Origin: a virus
Taxonomy: Duplodnaviria > Heunggongvirae > Uroviricota > Caudoviricetes
Direction: 5' to 3' (one strand)
IMG/VR virus record: IMGVR_UViG_2740892035_000001
Span: 1 to 26,810 of that record
DNA length: 26,810 bases
Positions 1 to 9,196 of the stretch are shown here, one piece after another. A program made the translations under genes and the position numbers. Every line of letters starts with the position of its first letter. Within the stretch, counting starts at the first letter, position 1. The notes beneath the pieces were generated by a model that was not told where the DNA came from, did no database searches, and was given only the letters and a program-made list of their open reading frames with translations.

Positions 1-1053
1 TTACGGGGTAATGCCAACCGCTGCCGCCACTTTGTCGCCACTTGGCAGCGTTGCCAGAGGATTGAAACGGAGCGCCGTTTCTAGATGATCCGGTGCCAGA
101 TGTGCGTAACGCATAGTCATTTTTATATCGTGGTGTCCGAGAATTTTTTGTAAGGCCAGAATGTTTCCACCCGACATCATGAAGTGCGCCGCAAACGTAT
201 GGCGCAGAACGTGTGTGAGTTGACCGCGAGGGAGCACGATAGACGTTTTTTCCATCACGGATAAAAATTGAAAATAGCAGTCTGTGAAGAAATTGAACCC
301 ATCAAGCGCCATGATCTCTTCGTAAAGCTCTTTACTGATAGGGATGCTTCTGTTTTTCTTCCCCTTCGTTCTGACAAAGGTAATTCGGTATTTGGTCACC
401 TGTGAGCGGGTAAGATTTACGGCTTCACGCCAGCGTGCGCCTGTGCTTAAGCATATCTTAACTACCAGTGCCAGAATTGGGTCCTGACGTTTGCAATCAG
501 CCAGCAATTCAACAATCTGCTCATGGGTAAGCCATGCCATCTCTTTTTCTGCGATGGTGAATTTTCGCATGTTCTCCAGTGGGTTCGGATACGACCATTC
601 GCCCAGACGGGATAGTTCGCTAAAAACACTACTTAGATAGCTTTGCTCCAGGTTAATGGTGACCGGGCTTGCTCCTTTCTTCCATTTCTCGCTGAAGTAG
701 ATCTCGCCTGTCAGGCGTTTATCTCGATAGTGGGCAAACATTTTAGAGGTAAGATCGGTTGCAAGAGGATTGCCCAGAGCGTCAACCATCAACAGCAATT
801 TGTCATAGACATGCTGCCCAGCTGTCAGAGATTTACCATGTAGTTTGAACCATAGCTCAACCACGTCTTTCAGTGTTCGACGATCCACTGATTCACCCAG
901 CCAGGGCTTTGCTTCGGTTTCTTCCATCGTGTGGCGCTCAAAAGCCAGTGCTTCGCCTTTGGTAGCGAATTGTTTACGCACACGACGCCCACTTCGTCCG
1001 GCGGGGTAACATTCGCAAAGCCATTTCCCTGTGGTTAGTTTTCGTACTGCCAT
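1..1053 (-). CDS. int: Tyrosine recombinase, P2-type phage integrase (350 aa, complete; stop at 1-3)
   Basis: Translation shows P2 Int-like blocks (ICLSTGARWREA; HVLRHTFAAHFMMSGGNILALQKILGHHDIKMTMRYAHLAP with R-H-R-Y catalytic context); position at prophage edge next to repressor operon. Confidence 0.92.
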   Translation of the reverse strand: MAVRKLTTGKWLCECYPAGRSGRRVRKQFATKGEALAFERHTMEETEAKPWLGESVDRRTLKDVVELWFKLHGKSLTAGQHVYDKLLLMVDALGNPLATDLTSKMFAHYRDKRLTGEIYFSEKWKKGASPVTINLEQSYLSSVFSELSRLGEWSYPNPLENMRKFTIAEKEMAWLTHEQIVELLADCKRQDPILALVVKICLSTGARWREAVNLTRSQVTKYRITFVRTKGKKNRSIPISKELYEEIMALDGFNFFTDCYFQFLSVMEKTSIVLPRGQLTHVLRHTFAAHFMMSGGNILALQKILGHHDIKMTMRYAHLAPDHLETALRFNPLATLPSGDKVAAAVGITP

Positions 1054-1057
1054 AAAA

Positions 1058-1077
1058 AGCCCTCATATCAGAGGGCT
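1058..1077 (-). terminator. Hairpin (7-bp stem AGCCCTC / GAGGGCT, 6-nt loop) followed on the minus strand by TTTT and then the int ATG
   Basis: Inverted repeat read directly; on the minus strand the GAGGG that could act as int Shine-Dalgarno lies in the stem. Confidence 0.45.
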
Positions 1078-1135
1078 AAATTTAACTGTATATGTAACCA
1101 GTAATCAATGTGTGATTACTATGAAACATACATTG

Positions 1136-2812
1136 CTAAGCAACATGTAGTTCATCGTTGGCGGAAGTGGCTGCTTTGCGCTCCTGCTCAATAGCTAGAG
1201 ACTCTCTATATTCTTTCGCCTCTGCAAACATTGTCCAGTGGGCGTTGATGTTCATGTCTTCAATAACTGATTTGATTTCTTTTAAATTTACGTTAAAAAA
1301 CTCTTTTCGTGAGTTAATTTTATTGACCTGCTTTTCGTTGAAAACTTTATGCAGATGGTTTTCTAATGATGGTGCATCATCACTATAAATCATCGCATGA
1401 ACATCGAACGAAAAAGGAACACTAGCATCTCCGAGTTCACGAACACGATCAAGTGGTTCAAGGCGGCGTGTCATTCCAATTTTATATACATCTTCGCCAA
1501 ATGAACCAATATTACTAATGATATAGACGTGGCCTGATCTGGTTTGTTGAGCCATAGAAATAGCTCGTTGATTTTTAGCTTCAGCTTCTTCATATTTTAA
1601 CTGTAGTTCAGCTATTTTTTGCTCTAAAGCTAAGCGTTGTTCTTCATTTGCAAGCATAAGTTCTTTCGTTGCTTTATTTATAGCTTGCTGAATAGCTTTT
1701 TCTTCTTTTTCAGCTTCTTTTATCGCTTTTTCATATTCTCTACGAGCTCTTTCCTCTTCACGAAGCTGTTCTTTAATCCTTCTTTGCTCTTCTTTTTCTT
1801 CGAGCATAATTTCATTAACTGCTACACCCCATTTTAGCTCGTTGAGTCTTGCCTGAAGATAGATGTCACTTATTTTTGCGGACCTAAAGGCAGAGCCATT
1901 GTAATTTACTAGTTGAAATGCATCTTTTATTTCTTGGGAAAGTTTTCCAAAATTGTTGTGTTTGACTTTTGATAAAATACTGTCAACTCTTCCATTGAAG
2001 GCATCCAAAACAAAGTTTATGGCAGTATTACGCCTGTTTTGCTCAACATAATCACACGAAGCAGCTTTATTAGTTTTTATTAATGATTTGGTTAACTCTC
2101 TGGCTTTTTGTAATTCCTTGCCTGCATCTGTAAATTCATAATTTTCTGCCAGCTCATCAAGTACACTACGGTTAGGGATGATCCATTCATCACCATAACC
2201 TTCAATTTTATTTTTCATTGATTTTGCAACTGCTTCATATTTTTCTGCAAACTCTTTAGCTTCATATGCTGAACCAGCAATCTCCTTTGCTCTTTCTTCT
2301 GCATCAGAAATAATTTTTACTGCATTGTCATTAGCATTTGAGATTAGCTCATTTGCTTTATTATTAGCATTATCAAGACGTTCTTTGGCTTTCAGGCGTG
2401 CATCGCGAGCGTCTTTGGTGATTGCTATAGCTTCGCTATTAGCGTTGCTTATTGTCATCTGAGCTTGATAATTTGCTTCGTTTACTGTTTTAGCCGCCTT
2501 AATTTGGGCTTCATCTATTTTTTGCTTGGCTATTGAGTCCGCATTTTTTATCTTATTCTCTGCATCCATTACTGCGCTGTGCAATTCTTCGTATTGCCAC
2601 AATGGTGCTGCTCGCCCTTCAAGCTCTGATAATTCTCGTACGGTCTGTGCTAGTTTTTCTTGATTTTCAATCAGTTGGTTAGAAAGGGCTATGTTGTTAG
2701 CTGTCAGGTTATCTATAGCCGCTTTGTGTTTTTTACTTTGTTTAAATAATATTACAGCTAGAACAGGGGCGAGAAATGCTAATAAGAGTATAACGATGGC
2801 AAATGAATTCAT
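1136..2812 (-). CDS. Accessory (moron) protein, 558 aa: N-terminal TM helix, ~330-aa Ala/Glu/Lys/Asn-rich predicted coiled coil, C-terminal T5orf172/MUG113-like (GIY-YIG-related) domain; architecture resembles DUF4041+T5orf172 proteins
   Basis: N-terminus MNSFAIVILLLAFLAPVLAVILF hydrophobic; C-terminus VYIISNIGSFGEDVYKIGMTRRLEPLDRVRELG...PFSFDVHAMIY resembles the T5orf172 motif; AT-rich compared with int and cI; starts 20 nt after the cI stop with AAGGA SD. Confidence 0.6.
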   Translation of the reverse strand: MNSFAIVILLLAFLAPVLAVILFKQSKKHKAAIDNLTANNIALSNQLIENQEKLAQTVRELSELEGRAAPLWQYEELHSAVMDAENKIKNADSIAKQKIDEAQIKAAKTVNEANYQAQMTISNANSEAIAITKDARDARLKAKERLDNANNKANELISNANDNAVKIISDAEERAKEIAGSAYEAKEFAEKYEAVAKSMKNKIEGYGDEWIIPNRSVLDELAENYEFTDAGKELQKARELTKSLIKTNKAASCDYVEQNRRNTAINFVLDAFNGRVDSILSKVKHNNFGKLSQEIKDAFQLVNYNGSAFRSAKISDIYLQARLNELKWGVAVNEIMLEEKEEQRRIKEQLREEERARREYEKAIKEAEKEEKAIQQAINKATKELMLANEEQRLALEQKIAELQLKYEEAEAKNQRAISMAQQTRSGHVYIISNIGSFGEDVYKIGMTRRLEPLDRVRELGDASVPFSFDVHAMIYSDDAPSLENHLHKVFNEKQVNKINSRKEFFNVNLKEIKSVIEDMNINAHWTMFAEAKEYRESLAIEQERKAATSANDELHVA

Positions 2813-2832
2813 TTTAAAATCCTTTTACTATA

Positions 2833-3429
2833 TTAATTCGAGACTATTGTACTTCTTATACAAGCAACCACTTCAATATCAGAAAATGCACATTCAAAGC
2901 TATTCTCTGCTGTTGTAATTTTAATCATTCCTTTAGGAAGCCTTGTGATTTTTCGAATGGAATAGGTTCCGTCGATATTGATTAACCAGTTTCCATCAAG
3001 TACTTCAGAAAATTTTTGATCACAAATGTATGTGACGAGTCCATCCTGAACAACAATTGGTGATGAAAGGTTTGCAGGAAGAAATGATGAATCGAAGACA
3101 TATGAACCGTCTTCAATCATTTTGCCTGCGGCAAGGCGAAACTTAACAAGCTCTTCTGTAGCTGCTGTCAGCGAGCTTTGCTTAAGGCCTTGTCCGGTAG
3201 TTAACCATTTGAGGGAGGTTCCTGTTTCAAGAGCACATTGGATTATCCAGTCAGCAGGAAATGTATCCCGCAAATACCTGTTCGCTAGTGTGCTTTTTGA
3301 TACTTCCAAGTGATCAGCTAAAGCCTGTCGTGTCGTAAAGCCATAGGCTTCGACTAATCGCTCAATCGCAGCCTTACCACCTTTATTGGGATTTATTTTG
3401 ATCTCACTTGGGTACTTTGATGTTGACAT
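2833..3429 (-). CDS. cI: 186-type CI immunity repressor (198 aa)
   Basis: N-terminal HTH region (AYGFTTRQALADHLEVSKSTLANRYLRD...CALETGTSLKWLTTGQG) follows the 186 CI pattern as recalled; sits between int-side cargo and divergent early operon. Confidence 0.8.
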   Translation of the reverse strand: MSTSKYPSEIKINPNKGGKAAIERLVEAYGFTTRQALADHLEVSKSTLANRYLRDTFPADWIIQCALETGTSLKWLTTGQGLKQSSLTAATEELVKFRLAAGKMIEDGSYVFDSSFLPANLSSPIVVQDGLVTYICDQKFSEVLDGNWLINIDGTYSIRKITRLPKGMIKITTAENSFECAFSDIEVVACIRSTIVSN

Positions 3430-3474
3430 ATCTCTTTTGCGATCCTAGTATCAGTTTTGTACCCAATTGGGTAC
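3423..3474 (+). promoter_or_regulatory. Candidate early lytic promoter (pR-like): -35 TTGACA 3423-3428, 17-bp spacer, -10 TAGTAT 3446-3451, then a perfect 16-bp palindrome GTACCCAATTGGGTAC (3459-3474), a likely operator
   Basis: Hexamers and palindrome read directly in the cI-apl intergenic region. Confidence 0.5.
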
Positions 3475-3524
3475 TTGTCACGATTACTACAGGCTCACCA
3501 CAAGCCAATAGGAGATGTTGCATC

Positions 3525-3746
3525 ATGACCCCTAACATTTCAATAACTCTGAATACGCCACACGTCACAATCGAGCGTTATAGCGAACTTACTGGTCTTT
3601 CAATCGACACAATCAACGATATGTTGGCGGATGGTCGCATTCCTCGGCATCGTCTTCGTAAAGACAAGAAAAGAGAAAAGGTAATGATCAACCTTGCTGC
3701 TCTTACCGTTGATGCACTTACTGATTGCAATGTTGTATTCAACTAG
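3525..3746 (+). CDS. apl: Apl/Cox-like small HTH protein (excisionase and switch regulator), 73 aa
   Basis: First gene of the rightward early operon; ATG at 3525 in frame inside track ORF 3408-3746; small basic HTH-like protein ([25 protein letters not shown]). Confidence 0.6.
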   Translation: MTPNISITLNTPHVTIERYSELTGLSIDTINDMLADGRIPRHRLRKDKKREKVMINLAALTVDALTDCNVVFN

Positions 3747-3778
3747 TTCCATTTTGGGATACATCAGAGGTGTCGACC

Positions 3779-4288
3779 ATGTTTGATTACCAAGTTTCCA
3801 AACATCCACATTTTGATGAAGCCTGTCGTGCATTCGCACTGCGCCACAATCTGGTGCAACTGGCAGAACGTGCGGGCATGAATGTGCAGATTCTGCGGAA
3901 CAAGCTGAACCCAGCTCAACCTCATTTATTAACCGCACCAGAAATCTGGCTGCTTACCGATCTGACTGAAGATTCAACGTTGGTAGATGGTTTTCTGGCA
4001 CAGATTCATTGTCTGCCATGTGTACCGATTAATGAGGTAGCAAAAGAGAAACTGCCGCATTACGTCATGAGCGCAACTGCAGAGATCGGGCGTGTTGCAG
4101 CAGGTGCGGTATCTGGTGATGTAAAAACTAGTGCCGGTCGTCGTGATGCTATCAGCAGCATTAACTCTGTAACACGACTGATGGCGCTGGCTGCTGTTTC
4201 ATTGCAAGCCCGTTTACAGGCTAATCCTGCGATGGCGAGTGCAGTTGATACCATGACTGGCCTTGGTGCTTCATTCGGTTTGCTGTGA
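3779..4288 (+). CDS. cII: CII-like establishment regulator (186 CII family), ~169 aa
   Basis: [45 protein letters not shown]... matches the 186 CII pattern as recalled; AGAGG SD 8 nt upstream of ATG 3779. Confidence 0.75.
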   Translation: MFDYQVSKHPHFDEACRAFALRHNLVQLAERAGMNVQILRNKLNPAQPHLLTAPEIWLLTDLTEDSTLVDGFLAQIHCLPCVPINEVAKEKLPHYVMSATAEIGRVAAGAVSGDVKTSAGRRDAISSINSVTRLMALAAVSLQARLQANPAMASAVDTMTGLGASFGLL

Positions 4289-4295
4289 GGTGTTT

Positions 4296-4592
4296 ATGCT
4301 GACGAAAGAACCATCATTTGCATCGCTGCTGGTAAAACAAAGCCCGGCAATGCACTACGGTCACGGCTGGATCACGGGTGAGGATGGAAAACGCTGGCAT
4401 CCATGTCATTCACAAGATGAATTGCTGTCTGAATTGACCACGAGGAAACGGAGAAAGTCCAAATGTATGCGGCAGAAAGTGAAGTGGTTTATCAGTTTCG
4501 TTACAGAGGGGAGAGTTATTCAGTACCTGAAGATGATTTGCTCTGTTGCTATCCGTCATTGTCGGGCGATGGCAGTTACTTTTTCACGTTAA
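4296..4592 (+). CDS. Hypothetical early protein (position of fil/dhr-type early genes); 3' end uncertain
   Basis: ATG 4296 with GTGAGG SD; overlaps the next ORF by 130 nt in another frame. Confidence 0.35.
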   Translation: MLTKEPSFASLLVKQSPAMHYGHGWITGEDGKRWHPCHSQDELLSELTTRKRRKSKCMRQKVKWFISFVTEGRVIQYLKMICSVAIRHCRAMAVTFSR

Positions 4593-4687
4593 AGGATGGG
4601 ACGTTTTTACGGGGAGAGCAGGTTAAAGAGACGATACGAAAAAATGTATCTCCTCTTGAGCGTTACCGTAAGAACAAAGAACGATAG
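4463..4687 (+). CDS. Hypothetical early protein, 74 aa
   Basis: Open frame with GGAG 13 nt upstream of ATG; no recognisable motif. Confidence 0.35.
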   Translation: MYAAESEVVYQFRYRGESYSVPEDDLLCCYPSLSGDGSYFFTLKDGTFLRGEQVKETIRKNVSPLERYRKNKER

Positions 4688-4709
4688 CTGCGTTTGGGGG
4701 ATATGAAGT

Positions 4710-5051
4710 ATGGCAATTAATGGCGCTGCAGCAACTGTTCCATTAAGCCCCGGTGAACGCCTGAATGGACTTAATCACATTGCGGAGTTAAGGGCGAAAG
4801 TTTTTGGCCTGAATATTGAGTCAGAGCTTGAGCGGTTTATTAAAGATATGCGTGATCCACGGGATATCAATAATGAACAAAATAAACGGGCACTGGCTGC
4901 CATATTCTTTATGGCAAAAATTCCAGCTGAACGTCATAGCATCAGCATTAATGAGCTGACCACTGACGAAAAGCGGGAGCTGATTAAAGCAATGAATCAT
5001 TTTCGTGCAGTGGTGAGCTTATTTCCCAGACGGCTAACCATGCCGAATTAA
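4710..5051 (+). CDS. Hypothetical early protein, 113 aa
   Basis: ATG 4710 preceded by GGGGG SD; fits early operon spacing. Confidence 0.5.
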   Translation: MAINGAAATVPLSPGERLNGLNHIAELRAKVFGLNIESELERFIKDMRDPRDINNEQNKRALAAIFFMAKIPAERHSISINELTTDEKRELIKAMNHFRAVVSLFPRRLTMPN

Positions 5052-5118
5052 CCAACTAATGAAATTAATGGCGTAAACCCGCCGGGCATCCCTTTATCTA
5101 AATTCAGGAGAATTGATT

Positions 5119-5352
5119 ATGCGTAATATTGAAACCCTCACGACTAAAACCGGACCGGATGACGCAGGGCTTAATATTTTACTGACAGAGGCTCGTCTGG
5201 AAGAACGCCGGGCAAGGGCTGAAGCAATGGCTGCTCGCCTTGATAGCCTGGCGTGTCATATCTCATCCCGCCAGCTAAACCACGTGGAAGCGGCAGAACT
5301 GCTGCGCGTGACTGCTGAAGCAATCCAGAACGAAGCGCAGGAGATCCACTAA
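5119..5352 (+). CDS. Hypothetical early protein, ~77 aa
   Basis: ATG 5119 with AGGAG SD 8 nt upstream; the track's 5113 start is a TTG. Confidence 0.5.
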   Translation: MRNIETLTTKTGPDDAGLNILLTEARLEERRARAEAMAARLDSLACHISSRQLNHVEAAELLRVTAEAIQNEAQEIH

Positions 5353-5579
5353 TGGCTGATGCAATGGATCTCGTACAGCAGCGCGTTGAAGAAGAACGCC
5401 AGCGCCATATCCGTGCAGCCCGTGCCAAATCACCGGGCGTGTCACGCGTACTTTGCATTGAATGTGAAGCGCCAATTCCGCCAGCACGACGCCGCGCCAT
5501 TCCGGGAGTGCAGCTTTGCATTACCTGTCAGGAAATCGCAGAACTGAAAGGCAAACATTACAACGGAGGTGCTGTATGA
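5352..5579 (+). CDS. TraR/DksA-family C4 zinc-finger protein (P2 orf82-like), 75 aa
   Basis: CIECEAPIPPARRRAIPGVQLCITCQE has four Cys in C-x2-C...C-x2-C arrangement typical of the TraR/DksA finger; its stop overlaps the next ATG (ATGA). Confidence 0.7.
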   Translation: MADAMDLVQQRVEEERQRHIRAARAKSPGVSRVLCIECEAPIPPARRRAIPGVQLCITCQEIAELKGKHYNGGAV

Positions 5580-6433
5580 GCACCATCCTGAAATGGGCGG
5601 GAAATAAAACCGCCATTATGCCAGAACTGAAAAAATACCTTCCTGCTGGCCCGCGACTGGTTGAACCTTTCGCGGGTTCCTGTGCTGTGATGATGGAAAC
5701 GGATTATCCCAGCTATCTGGTTGCGGATATTAATCCTGATTTAATCAACCTCTATAAAAAGGTTGCCGCTGATTGTGAATCGTTTATATCTCGCGCCAGA
5801 GTTTTATTTGAGATCGCAAACAGGGAGGTGGCTTATTACAACATAAGGCAGGAGTTTAACTGCTCAACTGAAATTACTGATTTCATGAAAGCGGTATATT
5901 TCCTGTATCTCAATCGTCACGGTTACCGTGGTTTATGTCGCTATAACAAGAGCGGGCATTTCAACATTCCCTACGGTAATTATAAAAATCCGTATTTCCC
6001 TGAAAAAGAACTTCGCACATTTGCAGAAAAAGCCCAGCGAGCAACGTTTATCTGCGCCAGCTTTGATGAAACGCTGGCGATGTTGAAGGCGGGAGATGTG
6101 GTGTATTGCGATCCGCCATATGACGGTACGTTTTCCGGCTATCACACTGATGGTTTCACTGAAGATGACCAGTATCACCTGGCATCCGTTCTTGAACATC
6201 GGTCATCAGAAGGACATCCGGTCATTGTTTCTAACAGTGACACATCCCTGATCCGTTCGCTGTATCGCAATTTTACTCACCACTATATCAAGGTAAAACG
6301 CAGCATCGGTGTGGCAGCTGGCGAGGGTAAATCAGCAACAGAAATCATTGCTGTTTCCGGGCCGCGCTGCTGGATGGGATTTGATTATTCGCGTGGCGTG
6401 GATAGTTCTGCCGTGTACGGAGTACGTGCATGA
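5576..6433 (+). CDS. N6-adenine DNA methyltransferase, Dam-like (orphan, no adjacent endonuclease), 285 aa
   Basis: Motif [10 protein letters not shown] and catalytic DPPY ([12 protein letters not shown]) present; GGAGG SD before ATG 5576. Confidence 0.85.
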   Translation: MSTILKWAGNKTAIMPELKKYLPAGPRLVEPFAGSCAVMMETDYPSYLVADINPDLINLYKKVAADCESFISRARVLFEIANREVAYYNIRQEFNCSTEITDFMKAVYFLYLNRHGYRGLCRYNKSGHFNIPYGNYKNPYFPEKELRTFAEKAQRATFICASFDETLAMLKAGDVVYCDPPYDGTFSGYHTDGFTEDDQYHLASVLEHRSSEGHPVIVSNSDTSLIRSLYRNFTHHYIKVKRSIGVAAGEGKSATEIIAVSGPRCWMGFDYSRGVDSSAVYGVRA

Positions 6434-8844
6434 GTCATGCCGATATGAACAACTGCTGCGGCTTTAACGAGGCTGCCGCAGCATTCTCATGGAACAGCCC
6501 GAAAAAGGCCATTAACCCTTATCTGGACCCGGCGGAAGTTGCGCCGGTTTCTACGCTTTCAAACCTGATCACTCTGTACGCTGCCGATAACGAGCAGGAA
6601 CAGTTGCGCCGCGAGGCACTGAGTGATCAGGTCTGGGAGCGTTATTTCTTTAATGAATCACGTGATCCTGTCCAGCGCGAAATGGAGCAGGATAAGCTCA
6701 TTAGCCGGGCAAAGCTGGCGCATGAGCAGCAGCGTTTTAATTCAGACATGGTCATTCTGGCGGACGTCAACGCCCAGCCTTCCCATATCAGCAAGCCGCT
6801 GATGCAACGTATTGAATACTTCAGCAGCCTGGGCAGGCCAAAGGCTTATTCCCGCTATTTACGTGAGACGATTAAGCCATGTCTGGAACGACTGGAGCAT
6901 GTACGCGACAGTCAGCTATCTGCATCTTTTCGCTTTATGGCAAGCCATGAAGGGCTGGACGGCCTGCTGATCCTGCCTGAAATGAGTCAGGATCAGGTGA
7001 AACGCCTGTCCACCCTGGTAGCTGCGCATATGAGTATGTGCCTTGATGCAGCTTGTGGTGATTTGTATGCCACCGATGACGTTAAGCCAGAAGAAATCCG
7101 CAAGACGTGGGAAAAGGTGGCAGCGGAAACCCTGCGTCTGGATATCATCCCACCTGCGTTTGAGCAACTCCGTCGGAAAAGAAACCGCCGTAAACCCGTG
7201 CCCTATGAACTCATTCCGGGTTCGCTGGCGCGTATGTTGTGCGCCGACTGGTGGTATCGGAAATTATGGAAGATGCGTTGCGAATGGCGGGAAGAGCAGT
7301 TGCGCGCTGTTTGCCTGGTCAGCAAAAAAGCATCTCCTTATGTCAGCTATGAAGCCGTGATGCATAAACGTGAGCAGCGCCGTAAGTCGCTGGAGTTTTT
7401 CCGTTCTCATGAACTGGTGAACGAAGACGGCGACACGCTGGACATGGAGGATGTGGTAAACGCCAGCAGCAGCAACCCTGCGCATCGCCGCAATGAGATG
7501 ATGGCCTGTGTTAAAGGTCTGGAGCTTATCGCGGAAATGCGCGGTGACTGCGCCGTTTTCTACACTATCACCTGTCCGTCGCGTTTCCATTCCACGCTAA
7601 ATAACGGCAGACCAAACCCGACCTGGACAAACGCGACGGTAAGACAAAGCAGCGATTATCTGGTCGGCATGTTTGCTGCATTTCGTAAGGCGATGCACAA
7701 AGCCGGGTTGCGCTGGTATGGCGTGCGGGTGGCTGAGCCGCATCATGATGGCACAGTTCACTGGCACCTGTTGTGTTTCATGCGCAAAAAAGACCGCCGT
7801 GCCATCACTGCATTACTGCGTAAGTTTGCCATCCGTGAAGACCGCGAGGAGCTGGGCAATAACACTGGGCCGCGCTTTAAGTCTGAGTTGATTAACCCGC
7901 GCAAAGGAACGCCGACAAGCTACATCGCGAAATATATCAGTAAGAACATTGACGGTCGTGGTCTGGCTGGCGAGATCAGCAAGGAAACGGGTAAATCTCT
8001 GCGTGATAACGCTGAATACGTGAATGCCTGGGCGTCTCTGCATCGTGTTCAGCAATTCCGCTTCTTTGGTATTCCGGGGCGTCAGGCTTACCGTGAACTT
8101 CGCTTGCTGGCTGGTCAGGCGGCAAGGCAACAGGGTGACAAAAAAGCAGGTGCGCCGGTACTGGATAACCCGCGTCTTGATGCCATTCTGGCTGCTGCTG
8201 ATGCTGGTTGTTTTGCCACCTACATCATGAAGCAGGGCGGCGTACTGGTTCCCCGTAAATATCACCTCATCAGAACCGCTTATGAAATCAACGAAGAGCC
8301 GACCGCCTATGGCGATCACGGCATTCGTATTTATGGCATCTGGTCACCCATTGCAGAGGGCAAGATCTGCACTCATGCAGTGAAGTGGAAAATGGTTCGT
8401 AAAGCCGTTGACGTTCAGGAGGCGGCAGCCGACCAGGGCGCTTGCGCCCCTTGGACTCGTGGCAATAACTGTCCCCTTGCTGAAAATTTGAACCAACAAG
8501 GGAAAGACAAATCAGCTGATGGGGATACCAGGACGGACATTACCCGCATGGATGACAAGGAGTTGCACGATTACCTGCACAGTATGAGCAAAAAAGAGCG
8601 CCGGGAACTGGCTGCAAGGTTACGCCTGGTGAAACCGAAACGGCGTAAAGACTACAAACAGCGAATTACAGACCATCAGCGACAGCAGCTCGTCTATGAA
8701 CTGAAGTCCAGAGGATTTGATGGCAGCGAGAAAGAGGTCGATTTACTCCTTCGCGGCGGCAGTATTCCGTCAGGAGCAGGCCTGCGTATCTTCTATCGGA
8801 ACCAGCGTTTGCAGGAAGATGATAAGTGGCGAAACCTGTATTAA
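6430..8844 (+). CDS. A: Replication initiation endonuclease, P2 gpA family (rolling-circle initiator), 804 aa
   Basis: Size and position as in P2 A; contains the HWHLL-type histidine motif (TVHWHLLCF) and downstream active-site Tyr context (YIAKYISKN); start overlaps Dam stop. Confidence 0.85.
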   Translation: MSHADMNNCCGFNEAAAAFSWNSPKKAINPYLDPAEVAPVSTLSNLITLYAADNEQEQLRREALSDQVWERYFFNESRDPVQREMEQDKLISRAKLAHEQQRFNSDMVILADVNAQPSHISKPLMQRIEYFSSLGRPKAYSRYLRETIKPCLERLEHVRDSQLSASFRFMASHEGLDGLLILPEMSQDQVKRLSTLVAAHMSMCLDAACGDLYATDDVKPEEIRKTWEKVAAETLRLDIIPPAFEQLRRKRNRRKPVPYELIPGSLARMLCADWWYRKLWKMRCEWREEQLRAVCLVSKKASPYVSYEAVMHKREQRRKSLEFFRSHELVNEDGDTLDMEDVVNASSSNPAHRRNEMMACVKGLELIAEMRGDCAVFYTITCPSRFHSTLNNGRPNPTWTNATVRQSSDYLVGMFAAFRKAMHKAGLRWYGVRVAEPHHDGTVHWHLLCFMRKKDRRAITALLRKFAIREDREELGNNTGPRFKSELINPRKGTPTSYIAKYISKNIDGRGLAGEISKETGKSLRDNAEYVNAWASLHRVQQFRFFGIPGRQAYRELRLLAGQAARQQGDKKAGAPVLDNPRLDAILAAADAGCFATYIMKQGGVLVPRKYHLIRTAYEINEEPTAYGDHGIRIYGIWSPIAEGKICTHAVKWKMVRKAVDVQEAAADQGACAPWTRGNNCPLAENLNQQGKDKSADGDTRTDITRMDDKELHDYLHSMSKKERRELAARLRLVKPKRRKDYKQRITDHQRQQLVYELKSRGFDGSEKEVDLLLRGGSIPSGAGLRIFYRNQRLQEDDKWRNLY

Positions 8845-8938
8845 TTACGCGGGTTAACAATTCGTGCTCTTAATAATACCAGGCATATCAGGCTGATGAA
8901 CGTAAAAAAACGTTTTACATCAGTAAGATTATTATATA

Positions 8939-8954
8939 CTGTAAATATAAACAG
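8939..8954 (+). promoter_or_regulatory. LexA (SOS) box CTGTAAATATAAACAG, next to a TTTACA -35-like hexamer at 8914-8919
   Basis: Exact CTGT-N8-ACAG match read from sequence, ~45 nt upstream of the tum-like ORF. Confidence 0.7.
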
Positions 8955-8997
8955 TGGTTATGAATACAGTATTGCTTGTGGTGTCATAGGAGGAAAG

Positions 8998-9186
8998 ATG
9001 CAGGACTATTTTTTGGAGTCTTTGAAGCTCCAGCGCATTGATTTTTTTCTTAAGCTTGTAGCGGCTAGTGAGTGTAGTGATGAAGAGAAGGGGCTGGCTT
9101 TGCAGTGGGTTTCTGAACTGACAGATGAACTCATGGCAAAAATCAGAACCCACGAATACAACCGCTCAATGGATGTCATCAGCTGA
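8998..9186 (+). CDS. Tum-like antirepressor N-terminal part (62 aa as read); probably the frameshifted 5' portion of a longer tum gene
   Basis: GGAGGAAAG SD before ATG 8998; downstream of LexA box; frame overlaps the start of the DinI-like ORF (see findings). Confidence 0.4.
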   Translation: MQDYFLESLKLQRIDFFLKLVAASECSDEEKGLALQWVSELTDELMAKIRTHEYNRSMDVIS

Positions 9187-9196
9187 GGTGACTTTT

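Noticed and set aside
643-843. 66-aa plus-strand ORF inside int
   Set aside because: Antisense to the integrase coding sequence; too short and without start context.
5171-5521. 116-aa minus-strand ORF across the early gene, zinc-finger and Dam junction
   Set aside because: Antisense to three tightly coupled plus-strand genes; no independent signal.
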